A DNA stretch of 63,233 nt, counting the filler, from Rhabdomonas costata (Eukaryota): NCBI GenBank assembly GCA_019059605.1. It is 53 parts of 53 records of this genome, joined end to end, with 100 filler letters (N's around TTAATTAATTAA, not from the genome) between each part and the next. Parts side by side here need not be neighbours in the genome. Positions count along the whole stretch, not along the records: positions 34,657 to 35,751 come from JAHMHO010028883.1; positions 35,852 to 36,946 come from JAHMHO010028884.1; positions 37,047 to 38,141 come from JAHMHO010028885.1; positions 38,242 to 39,336 come from JAHMHO010028886.1; positions 39,437 to 40,531 come from JAHMHO010028887.1; positions 40,632 to 41,726 come from JAHMHO010028888.1; positions 41,827 to 42,921 come from JAHMHO010028889.1; positions 43,022 to 44,116 come from JAHMHO010028890.1; 45 more parts are not named here. One strand, 5' to 3'. Below, one piece after another: positions 35,674-46,375 of the stretch. Each line of letters begins with the position of its first letter. Position 1 is the first letter of the stretch. The notes beneath the pieces are model-generated. The model worked only from the letters and a program-made list of their open reading frames with translations, ran no database searches and was not told where the DNA came from. The position numbers were made by a program, and so were the translations under genes.

Positions 35674-36541
35674 ATAAAAATTTAATTATATTTTACTGTT
35701 CAAAATGAACTAATTTATTTAAAAATATTAAATTGTAATATAAACAACACANNNNNNNNNNNNNNNNNNNNNNNNNNNNNNNNNNNNNNNNNNNNTTAAT
35801 TAATTAANNNNNNNNNNNNNNNNNNNNNNNNNNNNNNNNNNNNNNNNNNNNTCACCGCCTCTTTCAAAGCGAGAGATGAAGGATGATGCGGCTGGAGCGA
35901 ACAGATTCCATCGCTTGCGTCCGCACCATGACCAACCCTGCCACTTCTGCTATGACTGCCACCGCCTGCCGGAGAACGGGCTTATCGTCCCTGCAGGGCA
36001 CAGCTTAGCGGTGGTTCCCGAGTAAACGTCAGCCTCGAGGGACAGAAACACGAGAGATCCGAGCCAATGCTGGCACAAGATTTGGTAGTTGCGGGTTGGG
36101 GAAGAGCTTACCTCAGGCAGGGCACGGGACTGCCAGCCATGCGCTAGTGTGAGGTTGGGATTGACGACGACAACTGTCCCGCCGAGGTCCCGCCGCGTCC
36201 CGGCTTTGAGAGCGCGGCCAGCTGGCTCCAGTTCGCCAGAGAAAAAAGCGTTGTGGGTGCCGTCGGTAAACCCGGTAAACCCGGCACAAAAGGGATGTCA
36301 AGGGCTCACAACCTGCCGAGGGTGAAAATTCAGAAAATTATTACCCCAAGGACCGGCCACGCAGCGTTTCGGGAGGCCTCTTGTATACAAAAAACCCAGG
36401 CACCTTGGACAATCATTCCGCAAGCGTTCGAAACGCCAACTCCGGAACTCCGGAGTGCGCAAGTATCAGAAAAATCCGCACAAATTCCGAGACCAGAAGC
36501 ATTTTGTCCTTTTGCCGCGATCATTGTGATATTGCACCCAG

Positions 36542-36694
36542 GGCCGTGGTGAGAACGAACGGCTGGTTGTCCTGCACTTCATCACGGCCTTTGCGGACGA
36601 GCTGCGCCAGGGGCTGGTCTGCATCCCCCCAGAGGAGGCTGCCTCGGCTGCCCCCAGCACGCCCTCGCTGTCTCCGTCCGACCATTCCGCAGAG
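36542..36694 (+). CDS. Probable exon, unknown protein
   Basis: AG/GT-bounded 51-codon exon GRGENERLVVLHFITAFADELRQGLVCIPPEEAASAAPS... Confidence 0.4.
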
Positions 36695-37046
36695 GTTCGA
36701 CTGCAGTTTGAAATCAATGTCCTTTTTTCTCTATCACCTGTTTGACAGTTATCATGGCGTCGGTTTTTCATGAGCACTGTGCTGCTTCTGCATTGCTAGG
36801 AAACGAAAAGATCGCTAAATTCCCCTCCCAATACCTTTACAGGAAGCAGTTCAAGATCACTGCGAGCCAACGGGACGGGAGTGCTCGTCCACCAGTGGCC
36901 CTGGAACGGCAGTGCCGGTTCCTGCGGGGAAGCAGGTTGCCTCCATNNNNNNNNNNNNNNNNNNNNNNNNNNNNNNNNNNNNNNNNNNNNTTAATTAATT
37001 AANNNNNNNNNNNNNNNNNNNNNNNNNNNNNNNNNNNNNNNNNNNN

Positions 37047-37888
37047 CCAGCGATGGAATGATACGAATGATACTCTCTGCTTTGGTTATTTGTTTGGTAC
37101 ACCCCATGTTCTTTAGTCTTGATTCGTCAATAGGGGCAACCGATGCGCACCCACTAATGTGGACACTCTGTGACAAAAGCGCTGTGGAGCCAAATTAGCA
37201 GTCGTCTTTTCCTCTTCAATGCTGTGGAGCATTATTTCGAGTCGTGCCTCGGCCTGTTGTGTGGTGTGTATGTACTCCGTTGTTCCTGAGGACGTAACAG
37301 CATCCACAGAGCTGCGCGGTTGCAGGGGCATCGTTGCCAACTGGTTGTGCCTTCCAACATCGAAAAAGAGCCGCTGCGAACGTCGCACATGAGCGCAAAA
37401 AAAATAGATCCAGCCCGCGATGAAAAACGGAGAGCGTTTTCGGAGCAAACCGCTGGCTGTGTCGGCGTTGACTTTGGCCATTCCTTGAGGAGAGAGTTGC
37501 GCAAGCATTCGGTCTTCTTCAGCTGTAAGACCCCTACGCAGACCCTCTCTGAAAAAGTCTTTTACTGTCGTGGAAGCCATTGAAATGGTGCTAAAAACAA
37601 AACAGACAATACGAAAACCAAAAATCAAAAAGGAACCAAGAGCTTGGTAACAGAAGGGAAAATATCACTGACTTCCGCTGCATAACGGAACAGATGCAGA
37701 GTGATACATCCCGACATCATCGTCGGGTAAACCTCAACCAAATCTCTATTTGAAGGAGAGTGAACAGAGTGTCCACATTAGTGGGTGCGCATCGGTTGCC
37801 CCTATTGACGAATCAAGACTAAAGAACATGGGGTGTACCAAACAAATAACCAAAGCAGAGAGTATCATTCGTATCATTCCATCGCTGG
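37047..37888. repeat. ~125-bp inverted duplication (37047-37171 vs 37764-37888), probable amplification chimera
   Basis: Reverse-complement copy starting at the contig end. Confidence 0.85.
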
Positions 37889-38511
37889 ACCGTGAATTTT
37901 GTGCAGAAAATCTTTCGTATTGGCAGCCAACGGCCAAAGCCATTGAGCCATGCAGTTCCCAGAGGTTTCTTTGAAGAAAGGAAATATCTTATCCACCAAC
38001 TTCACCTCCCCACTAATCCTAACTTTCTATCAAAGCCAAGTGTAGCCCCCCCAGTCGTTTTTTCAATTACCCACTTTCACGTTTTCACGTTGGGTGCCAC
38101 GTAGGCCTTTATGCTGCAAGTGGGCAAGCTACCACAACACCNNNNNNNNNNNNNNNNNNNNNNNNNNNNNNNNNNNNNNNNNNNNTTAATTAATTAANNN
38201 NNNNNNNNNNNNNNNNNNNNNNNNNNNNNNNNNNNNNNNNNTGTTGGTGTGTTTGGTGGGGGTTGGAACTCAATCTGCTTATCTTTCCTGATACTCTGCC
38301 CAAGTGGACTCCACCACGGCAAGGTGCCCTTCAAAAAAAAAAAAGACTTTCGAAGTGACGATTTCAAGATCTAACATCGTTGCATCACAAAAAACGCGTT
38401 TCAGGAGTACACCTTGAGGTGGGGAGGGGAGGGGAGACCAGGTGCTCGGGGCGACAAGGTGCCAACCTCTTCCATTCTCGACATTAGTAAGTTGAGCCCT
38501 TCAAAACACAG

Positions 38512-38715
38512 GTTATGATGCCCCATCTGGACGGACTGGAGACCACCCGCCGAATCCGCACGGACCCCCGGTACTCCGCCGTGCCCATCATTGGAGTCAC
38601 AGGGGACTGCGGCCCGGCCACCCTGCAGGGCTGCCTGGAGGCTGGGATGACCGCCGCCGTGGGCAAACCCATGGACACTCTCGGCCTGCTGGCCCTGCTG
38701 CGCCGCCTGCTCCTG
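38512..38715 (+). CDS. Response-regulator receiver (REC) domain, second half
   Basis: After cacag: VMMPHLDGLETTRRIR...VPIIGVTG...CLEAGMTAAVGKP; MP..DG, PII..T and KP motifs. The phospho-Asp would lie in the previous exon. Confidence 0.92.
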
Positions 38716-40266
38716 CTGGAGCCCTCCTCCTCCTCCTTGTGCCTGGTCGCCCGCCTCCCTCCTTCTTCTCACTGTTTATGGGCTGCGTTTGTCTCTCCTT
38801 CACCCCTTCTTTGGATTCGAATGAGGAAATACTTGAGGACGTCATTGACACCATAACCTAACAAGGTCCTGCAACAAATCAACACTCAAGATACCCTCCA
38901 CATATTTCTGCCGATCGACATCGACATAATGACACGTTTCCAGGGCTGTTTGCGAACTGAATTGTCTCAAAATTCGTCCGTGACGGACGCGGTGGTTTTG
39001 TGCCGCCGTGCTCTGCTACCGGTACTGCTTAACTGACATCTGATGAAAATGCACATGGCGCTGGATTCCAAGAGCTCTCCAAAAACACCTTCCTTTGACC
39101 TCCAGGCTTCACCCTAGGTATGCGGTGGTGGCCTGCTGACGTTGCGGCGCCCTCACTACGCCCACATTGATCCGCCTCCACCCGGCGCCACAAATAAACG
39201 ACCATCCTCTGCAAGGCACTGAGAAAACTGCTGAGGCCATGGGTTCCCTTTTGTGGCATTTGTGTATCTAGGCTGAGCCTAAATCTCCTCCGCGATTAGA
39301 GGAAGCACTATGTACCGTCAACCAAGACCTCCCCCCNNNNNNNNNNNNNNNNNNNNNNNNNNNNNNNNNNNNNNNNNNNNTTAATTAATTAANNNNNNNN
39401 NNNNNNNNNNNNNNNNNNNNNNNNNNNNNNNNNNNNGGGTTGTGTACCAAACGACTGACAACAGGATCCCGGGAAGGGGTGGGAGGGCCTGCTTGGTGCC
39501 GGACAGGGGTTGTGTGGGAGTGGATTGTCGTGGCGACCTGGCTTACGGTTGGTGGACGATACCTTGTATCGTCACCTTTATCATCCCTGAGTGTTATTTT
39601 TGCTCCTGTACCTGTTCCCTTTGATTGCACTGTTTTTTATGTGACCCTGAAACAAGCACACAAACCTTCACGATGTGGAGGACTTGACGCGGATCTACGG
39701 CAGCCATTCTGTTCCGGTAGTTCGTTAATGGGATGATCCAGAAGAGCCTGTGACCATTCGATTTGTCGACTATCCTATGCCGCTTTGAACGGATGCATTC
39801 GGAGCACAAGAGGAATTTGTTATGCTTGTTCGCATGCTAGAGTCGCTCTCTAGTTCAAGCTTGCTGTGCTTTCAACTTCTCTAAGCCGGAGCCTGCATGT
39901 ATTTGGATAACTGGACTCGGGGTTTGTCTAATTTATGTGAAGTTGAGGACAGAGACGCGGATGCAATCTTTGTGATCACGAAATGGAAATGTGTTTGCCG
40001 GTGTTCAGAACCTGTTGCCCTTTGCCATGCATGGTATCAGATTAAGGTACAGTGTGAGATGTCTGCAAGAAACGAGGAGCGAGTGAGACCAAAGCTAGAG
40101 ATTTTACGAAGGGAGCAGCGGAAGGGATGTGGGGTGATGACCTACAGCACTGCACACGCCGAGAGGTGTTGTGAAGAGGAAGGGGACAGGTTTTAAGAGC
40201 CGAATTTGCGAAGCACGTGGACTGCCTTTTGTGTTTAGACCCTTTCTTCTCGCTCCTTGGCCAAGG

Positions 40267-40524
40267 ATGATGCGAATGGTAGCTTGCGGCTTGTTGGCTG
40301 GCGTGCTGGTGATCCTTCTGATCATGTTTGTAGTTATGACGCTGCGCCACAGGGATGCATTTGTGGTAATGAACGATATCCCCTATCTTGAGCCCGGGAG
40401 AAACGAGACGGCAGACCTGTACCTTCCCACCGCTGTGGGGCGAGGCGAGAAGCGCCCCGCCGTGGTGGTCATCCACGGTGGGGGCTGGATCGGCGGGGAC
40501 AAACGCGCCGCCCGCGAGGTCAAC
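40267..40524 (+). CDS. Alpha/beta hydrolase (HSL/BD-FAE-like esterase) with N-terminal membrane anchor, partial
   Basis: Hydrophobic N-terminus, then DIPYLEPGRNETADLYLP...KRPAVVVIHGGGWIGGDK (HGGG oxyanion motif). Confidence 0.88.
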
Positions 40525-43058
40525 CCCCCCANNNNNNNNNNNNNNNNNNNNNNNNNNNNNNNNNNNNNNNNNNNNTTAATTAATTAANNNNNNNNNNNNN
40601 NNNNNNNNNNNNNNNNNNNNNNNNNNNNNNNCACTCCCCCCCCCCCTCCTGCTCCTCAGCTGCCGCTGAGGTGCCCTTGACAAGCAGATGGCAGGCCAGC
40701 TGCCCCGTTGGAACTGCATCCGCAGTCCTCCTCACACCCATCTGTACAAGCGTGTTAATTATTGTGTTTCTTGTGGTGTCAGCCGGGAACCACTCGTGTT
40801 CTGGAGTCTCCCGGTGCAATGAAGAGTGCGAAACCAAAAGTAGTGGTGTGGGTTTCGCTTCGTTTTTTCCGGCCTTGCGCCCCCCACCCAAACCCAAACC
40901 CATCCCCTTTTCGAGGACACTCGACAGGAAAGATATTCCGATGCATCGGTTCCTCTTCACACCATGATCGTTGGATGGAGCTAGGAGTGTGCTCCCGTGC
41001 AGCAGCCTCTCCCCACTTCACCTTTCTCATCCCTTTCATCCACTACCGCTACTCTGTTTTCCTTCTCATTGCCTTTGTCTCATTGCCAGCCGCTGTCCGT
41101 CTTCCCAAATGTAGCTCTCCCTCGGGTTGAGCATGGCGCTCCCCAAGAAGCTTTTGTAACGTTCCGCTGTGTCTCGAGTCAGCTGTCAACCGGAAGCAAG
41201 TGGGAGGATCATCCTTGCCCTGGATCTACTGTTTGTCTCGAGTTTTTACTCTGTGTAGCTTCATTGTCTTCGGCGGGCGGGCGGGCGCGGGTGTGGATGT
41301 GCTTTGTTCCTTCATCACATGGACATGGGTTGCCGTTTGCATGCCCCACGTTCCTACACCTCCTTTTTGCATTTTTCCAAATATCCCTCCGTCGGTTGCA
41401 TTCTTTTCATGGGTATAGGGCATGCTTTCAATGGGTACAGGGGACTTTAGGCTTCAAACCCTCTTGTACCTTGACGTTCGAAGAAACCCCCTGCGAAGCT
41501 TTGACCTCGAAGAAAACTGTCACTCGATACGACTGCGAAAACAGAATGACGCAGGTGCGGTTGCACCTGATGGGGGGGGGCGCCGCTCGTGTCAGTGGGG
41601 ACCCTTCGACCTCCATTGAAGGCACACTACAGCCACCGAAACCGCGCTCATTCGGTGGTGACACACTGGATTAGCCATGCTGCGCTAGCATACCCTCTCA
41701 AGCGAAGTATTCTGGTTCACCCAAACNNNNNNNNNNNNNNNNNNNNNNNNNNNNNNNNNNNNNNNNNNNNTTAATTAATTAANNNNNNNNNNNNNNNNNN
41801 NNNNNNNNNNNNNNNNNNNNNNNNNNGGGGGTTGGTGGGGAGCGCCAGAACCGAAGTAGCAAACGGCATCGACATGGTCGCTTCCAACAGCAACAGCTGT
41901 AATCCAAGGAGACCAAACAGGCTATGCAAAAGCGTTGCGAGCTTCGTGTCGCAAGTCATCCGTTAACTGCAACCAAAATTCCACATCCCGGAGTATAAAT
42001 AAAAATAATAATCTCTGACGTTAGCCGTTAACCGAAGGTTTATGCCCAGTTGCATTACAACAAGCCAACTCTCGTGCGAAGCGACGTGGTGTAAGTACAC
42101 ACACGCGAACAAAACCCAGCACAAAATGTCAGCAGAACGGACATGCGCATGCGCATGCTGTGGGCCTGCCCAACAAACTTCGTTGCGGGAGAAAAGGCAT
42201 CCCTAAAGCCAGATCAAGGCTCTAATACCACCTCAAAAAAATTTTCGAAAGTAATAATTTTTAATCACAAAATACTATCTCCCTTTTGGAGGCCGAAGCC
42301 GAAGCGCCTCGGGTCTTTATTTTTGACTGTGCAAACGTGGTAAAACGGCTGCTGCGAGGACTCCCTGGCCGTGGCACCCTTTTTTAGCAAATATTCTGCA
42401 CGATAGAAAGCAACTTCTCAGCGAGTTACCTGACGTACGCTACAGCTTGAGAGATCGTTTTTTGTTTTGCCTGAACACCCTATAAATATCAACCACCACC
42501 AAGCAACGAGCACCGCGCACGTGTACTTCCCACACAGCCGAGAGAGCAGTCAAGGAGGTCAGCGAGAAAAGTCCACATGTATTCGGGAAACCGAAACAAC
42601 GAATTGTCACAGCCAAGCCCAACCCAAGAAGCTACGTGATCAAGCGATGCTCGTAAAGGTCTCCGCAGACGCGGGCCTTCATCTTATTCACCGCTCCATG
42701 ATGACTGCGGGGGCCTGTCACCACACCGCGCCCAGAACGCGGATGGCGGACCGCTGCACTCAGAAGGCTGAGGAAGCAGTAACGGTTGACGTGCTGCCTC
42801 CTTTCCAGCCCATGGACGCGACCAAGCTGCCCGATCGGCTAGCACTGGCTGACCGGATTGGAAACGTTATACACAAACATAGGATTGCTACGGCCCATGC
42901 GCACAGGGTCAAACCCCAACANNNNNNNNNNNNNNNNNNNNNNNNNNNNNNNNNNNNNNNNNNNNTTAATTAATTAANNNNNNNNNNNNNNNNNNNNNNN
43001 NNNNNNNNNNNNNNNNNNNNNGGGGGTTGGGACAAGACATTCTCTGGAGGGATGCAAC

Positions 43059-43481
43059 CTGCTTGTACTCCTCTTCCGTTGGAACCTCACAGCTTGCATC
43101 CCTCCAGAGAATGTCTTGTCCCTGCCCCCGATGCAACAGCTCCATTTCAGCACGGTAGGCTTCCACTCCAGCTGGCCTGCCCAGCTTACAGATCTGCTCA
43201 AACGCAAGAAAGTACACTAGATTGGCGCAGTTCAGCGTGGAAGGGATCCCATAGATGGAGTGAGCCACAGGGATCCCTCGTCTCATCCGACTGTGACCCT
43301 CAATATCTTGAATAAGCACACTGGCACTGTGCAATTTATCCACAATCTCTTTTATGGTGACCACCACAACAGCGGGAATCTGCAACCAGCGATTGACCGC
43401 ATCAATCAGCATCCACCGCAAGCTCTTTCCAGGAACCGAGGCGATGTGCTTAAAAGGTTGCATAAGGTCCTCGTCAGACAT
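43059..43481 (-). CDS. Geranylgeranyl diphosphate synthase (GGPS1/BTS1-type) homolog with degenerate first Asp-rich motif
   Basis: PGKSLR, LHSASVLIQDIEGHSRMRRGIPVAHSIYGIP, LHRGQGQDILWRD, PTEEEY; residues after about YKQV come from a fold-back artefact. Confidence 0.92.
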
Positions 43482-44290
43482 TATACACGACGCCCGACAA
43501 AACCCTCAAAACAGGGCTGAGGGAAAACGGAAAGAGTTTTGAAAGTGAGGTGGTTCGTGGAGCTGAAAAAATGTTGTTCAAAGACGAAAGGAGCAGTGGT
43601 CTGTCTCCCCCTCCCTGGTGATGGCATTTTGCATGCACACTTGATGTTTTTTGACCAACGAAAAACCACAGAACAACAACGTGACACCATCACGAAGTTG
43701 GAGGTCATTCTCCATAAGCGAAACACACGACTATGCACGTGCAAAAAAGCGTATCATAAGACAACGGCACTGTTTTCGGGATCAGACTGACCAGAAAGCA
43801 GACACGATCAATTCCAGAAAAAATGACAACTTGGTGGGTATCTCACACACGGCACCCTCATCCAAATGGAGAGCAGTAAAAGCAGCGCGGATAAACAAAG
43901 AGCCTAAAAGTGGTACCGTTAGAAGGTACCGCCCCAAGACCACCCGAAGACAGAGGTCATTGCGGGATGGCATAGAACAAAACACCTATTGCACAGCAGG
44001 ACACGAGAGCAAAGGCTTTGTAAAAAGTCAAGGACAAAGAGGTGAATAGCGTCTCGTGCCACACGAGCAGAAAAAGAATTGCCCAATTGCGCAGCAATGA
44101 GCAACAGTTTAAAACCNNNNNNNNNNNNNNNNNNNNNNNNNNNNNNNNNNNNNNNNNNNNTTAATTAATTAANNNNNNNNNNNNNNNNNNNNNNNNNNNN
44201 NNNNNNNNNNNNNNNNTGTTGTTTGGGATCGACAGCCACAGGCCCCAGGACACTGATTCGTTGAGTCACGGTTCCCCGCTCTGTCTGTAG

Positions 44291-44405
44291 GGGGTGTTTC
44301 ACGTGGAGCTCTTCTGGGACCCTGCGGGGCAGCGGGCCTGGGTGATTGAGGTGAACTGCCGGATGGGTGGGGGCCTGCTGTACCACTCCGCGGAGTGGCT
44401 GTTCG
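44291..44405 (+). CDS. ATP-grasp ligase exon (carnosine synthase/L-amino-acid ligase-like)
   Basis: GVFHVELFWDPAGQRAWVIEVNCRMGGGLLY; FHVE and IEVNxRxGG are ATP-grasp metal-binding motifs. Missing from the ORF track. Confidence 0.85.
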
Positions 44406-45513
44406 GCACGGCACGGGCCAGTCCCTTGCTGGCCACTCTGCTAATCGCCCTGGGTCTGCAATAATTGGCATCGTCTTTTGGTTTGGTGTCACACCCAATC
44501 GCGCACTGGAAAACGTTCTCACGCGCGCTCATCTGCGCCCCTCCAAAAAAAAGTCACGCAGATATTCGTGACCAGAAAAAGCTTCACCCGTATACCTGTT
44601 GACCCGGATGTAAGTTATCCGAAGGTATGGTTGGGGGCGCCAGGGGAATGTCACACCTTTGCATTATCATATCATAATCATTATCATAATATATATTCGT
44701 CATTTCAGAAACGGGCTTACACGCTCACACATGACTCACACGCTAATTTCGTGTCCCGCAACTTTTTTTTGTGGTGGTTGCTCTTACGTCTGCTACTGCG
44801 GAATAGTGAAAGTTACAACTCACCGAAATTGTGTGTTAACTTTGCAACACCGACAAATCGGAGTTGTGACGGGTCGGGGTGGAAACATCTCTATTTGAGG
44901 AAGCATGCTGTGCGGTGGCTTTAAGGCCACGGCGCTGGCATTCATGCCAAAAAGTACCAGCACCAGGTAATCAGCGCGTGTGCACCACCCTCCAACCACT
45001 TCGTGGTTGTACACAAGGAACATCTTTCCTGAGTGCTCTGTACGTATGGCGTGAGCGCTGGTATCCAGAACAGATCAGGCTGGAGGGGGAGGGATATTTT
45101 TTTTTAGGGTTTATGACAAGAAAGGTTAGAAAGCACTGTGGTGCAAAGCCGAGGTTGATTGGAAAAACGTCCAGCTATTATGGTCAGGATCCGGATGTTG
45201 CCCTCAGATTGCAGCCCTGCCCAAGCCTCGCAATGGCTGCACCACAGTGGCCTCCTCAGCTCCTCCCCCGTGCCAGCCGACCCTAACCCCGTGGTCCACC
45301 CCGCCCACCCAACNNNNNNNNNNNNNNNNNNNNNNNNNNNNNNNNNNNNNNNNNNNNTTAATTAATTAANNNNNNNNNNNNNNNNNNNNNNNNNNNNNNN
45401 NNNNNNNNNNNNNAGGCATGGGAGGCCATCCCATCTGGGCCTGCAGGTTTGCCCTACGCCGAGGAAAGCACGGGTTGGGAGTTGGGGGAGAGGATAAGAC
45501 AGCGGAGGAGCAC

Positions 45514-46375
45514 CGGTGACGTAGAGCAGAGTGGGGGAGTACTGGTAGGGCCGAAAGGCCACCCCCCGGGCGTAAGCAATGATCTGGGTATTCCCCCCGC
45601 CCGTGTCCGGAGCCATCCAGAGCATGGTGAAGGTGTACCCCCCGTCCGTGCTGGACAGCGTGGTCAGGGCGCCCAGCCCCGCGGTGGTCTGGGTGAACGT
45701 GAAGTCCGAGGCCACGGCGCGCACTGGGGAGAAGGAGCTCGAGGAGGACCCCGTGCCGGTGTTTGCGGTGATGGTACAGGTGGCATACCCGAAGGGCTTC
45801 ACATTGCCCGGAGGGGTGTTCCCTGACGTGCACTTCTGTGAATTAGGGAAGAAGGGGCCGCGCTTGAAGCCCTAATTTAAGGGTGGCTTTCAGCTTGACT
45901 GAGAATTAATGCGAAGGAAGAAGGAAGAAGGAAGAAGGAAGTAAAGGCAAAGAGTGTAGTGTACCCTCCAGATCGGAAAGATTCAAACAACCCAAAATAT
46001 TCCATTTGTCGTTGGAAAGAACTTGGCGGTTCACGAAAACCGCCCGAGGTGAAGCCATTTACCGCAGTTTCTGGAGCACGCCTATTCTTTGGGTGTCACA
46101 TTTTGTTCATTTGCAGTGGTCAAAGGATTTCGAGGAGCAGATCAGACAAGGCTGATAGAAATGTCCCCGTGTCCCCGTTCTCAGTTCCCCGTGTGCAATG
46201 TGCAGTAATAGTTTCGAAAACTTGTGTACGTGCAACGTATCTTCCAGCGGAGGGAAAAATACTAACGACGCAGCATGCTGGTGAATGAGAGGTCAAATAC
46301 CAGTACGGAGGCAAGGGTGGGAATCGAGGTGACGTACACGGTAAAGGGAGAGCCAATGACGTTCTTCCCTCCAAC
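45514..46375 (-). CDS. Ig/filamin-like beta-sandwich repeat protein, likely extracellular (exons 46375-46301 and 45835-45514)
   Basis: VGGKNVIGSPFTVYVTSIPTLASVL|KCTSGNTPPGNVKPFGYATCTIT...; GSPF.V.V is a filamin-type strand; phase-0 join. Confidence 0.6.
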
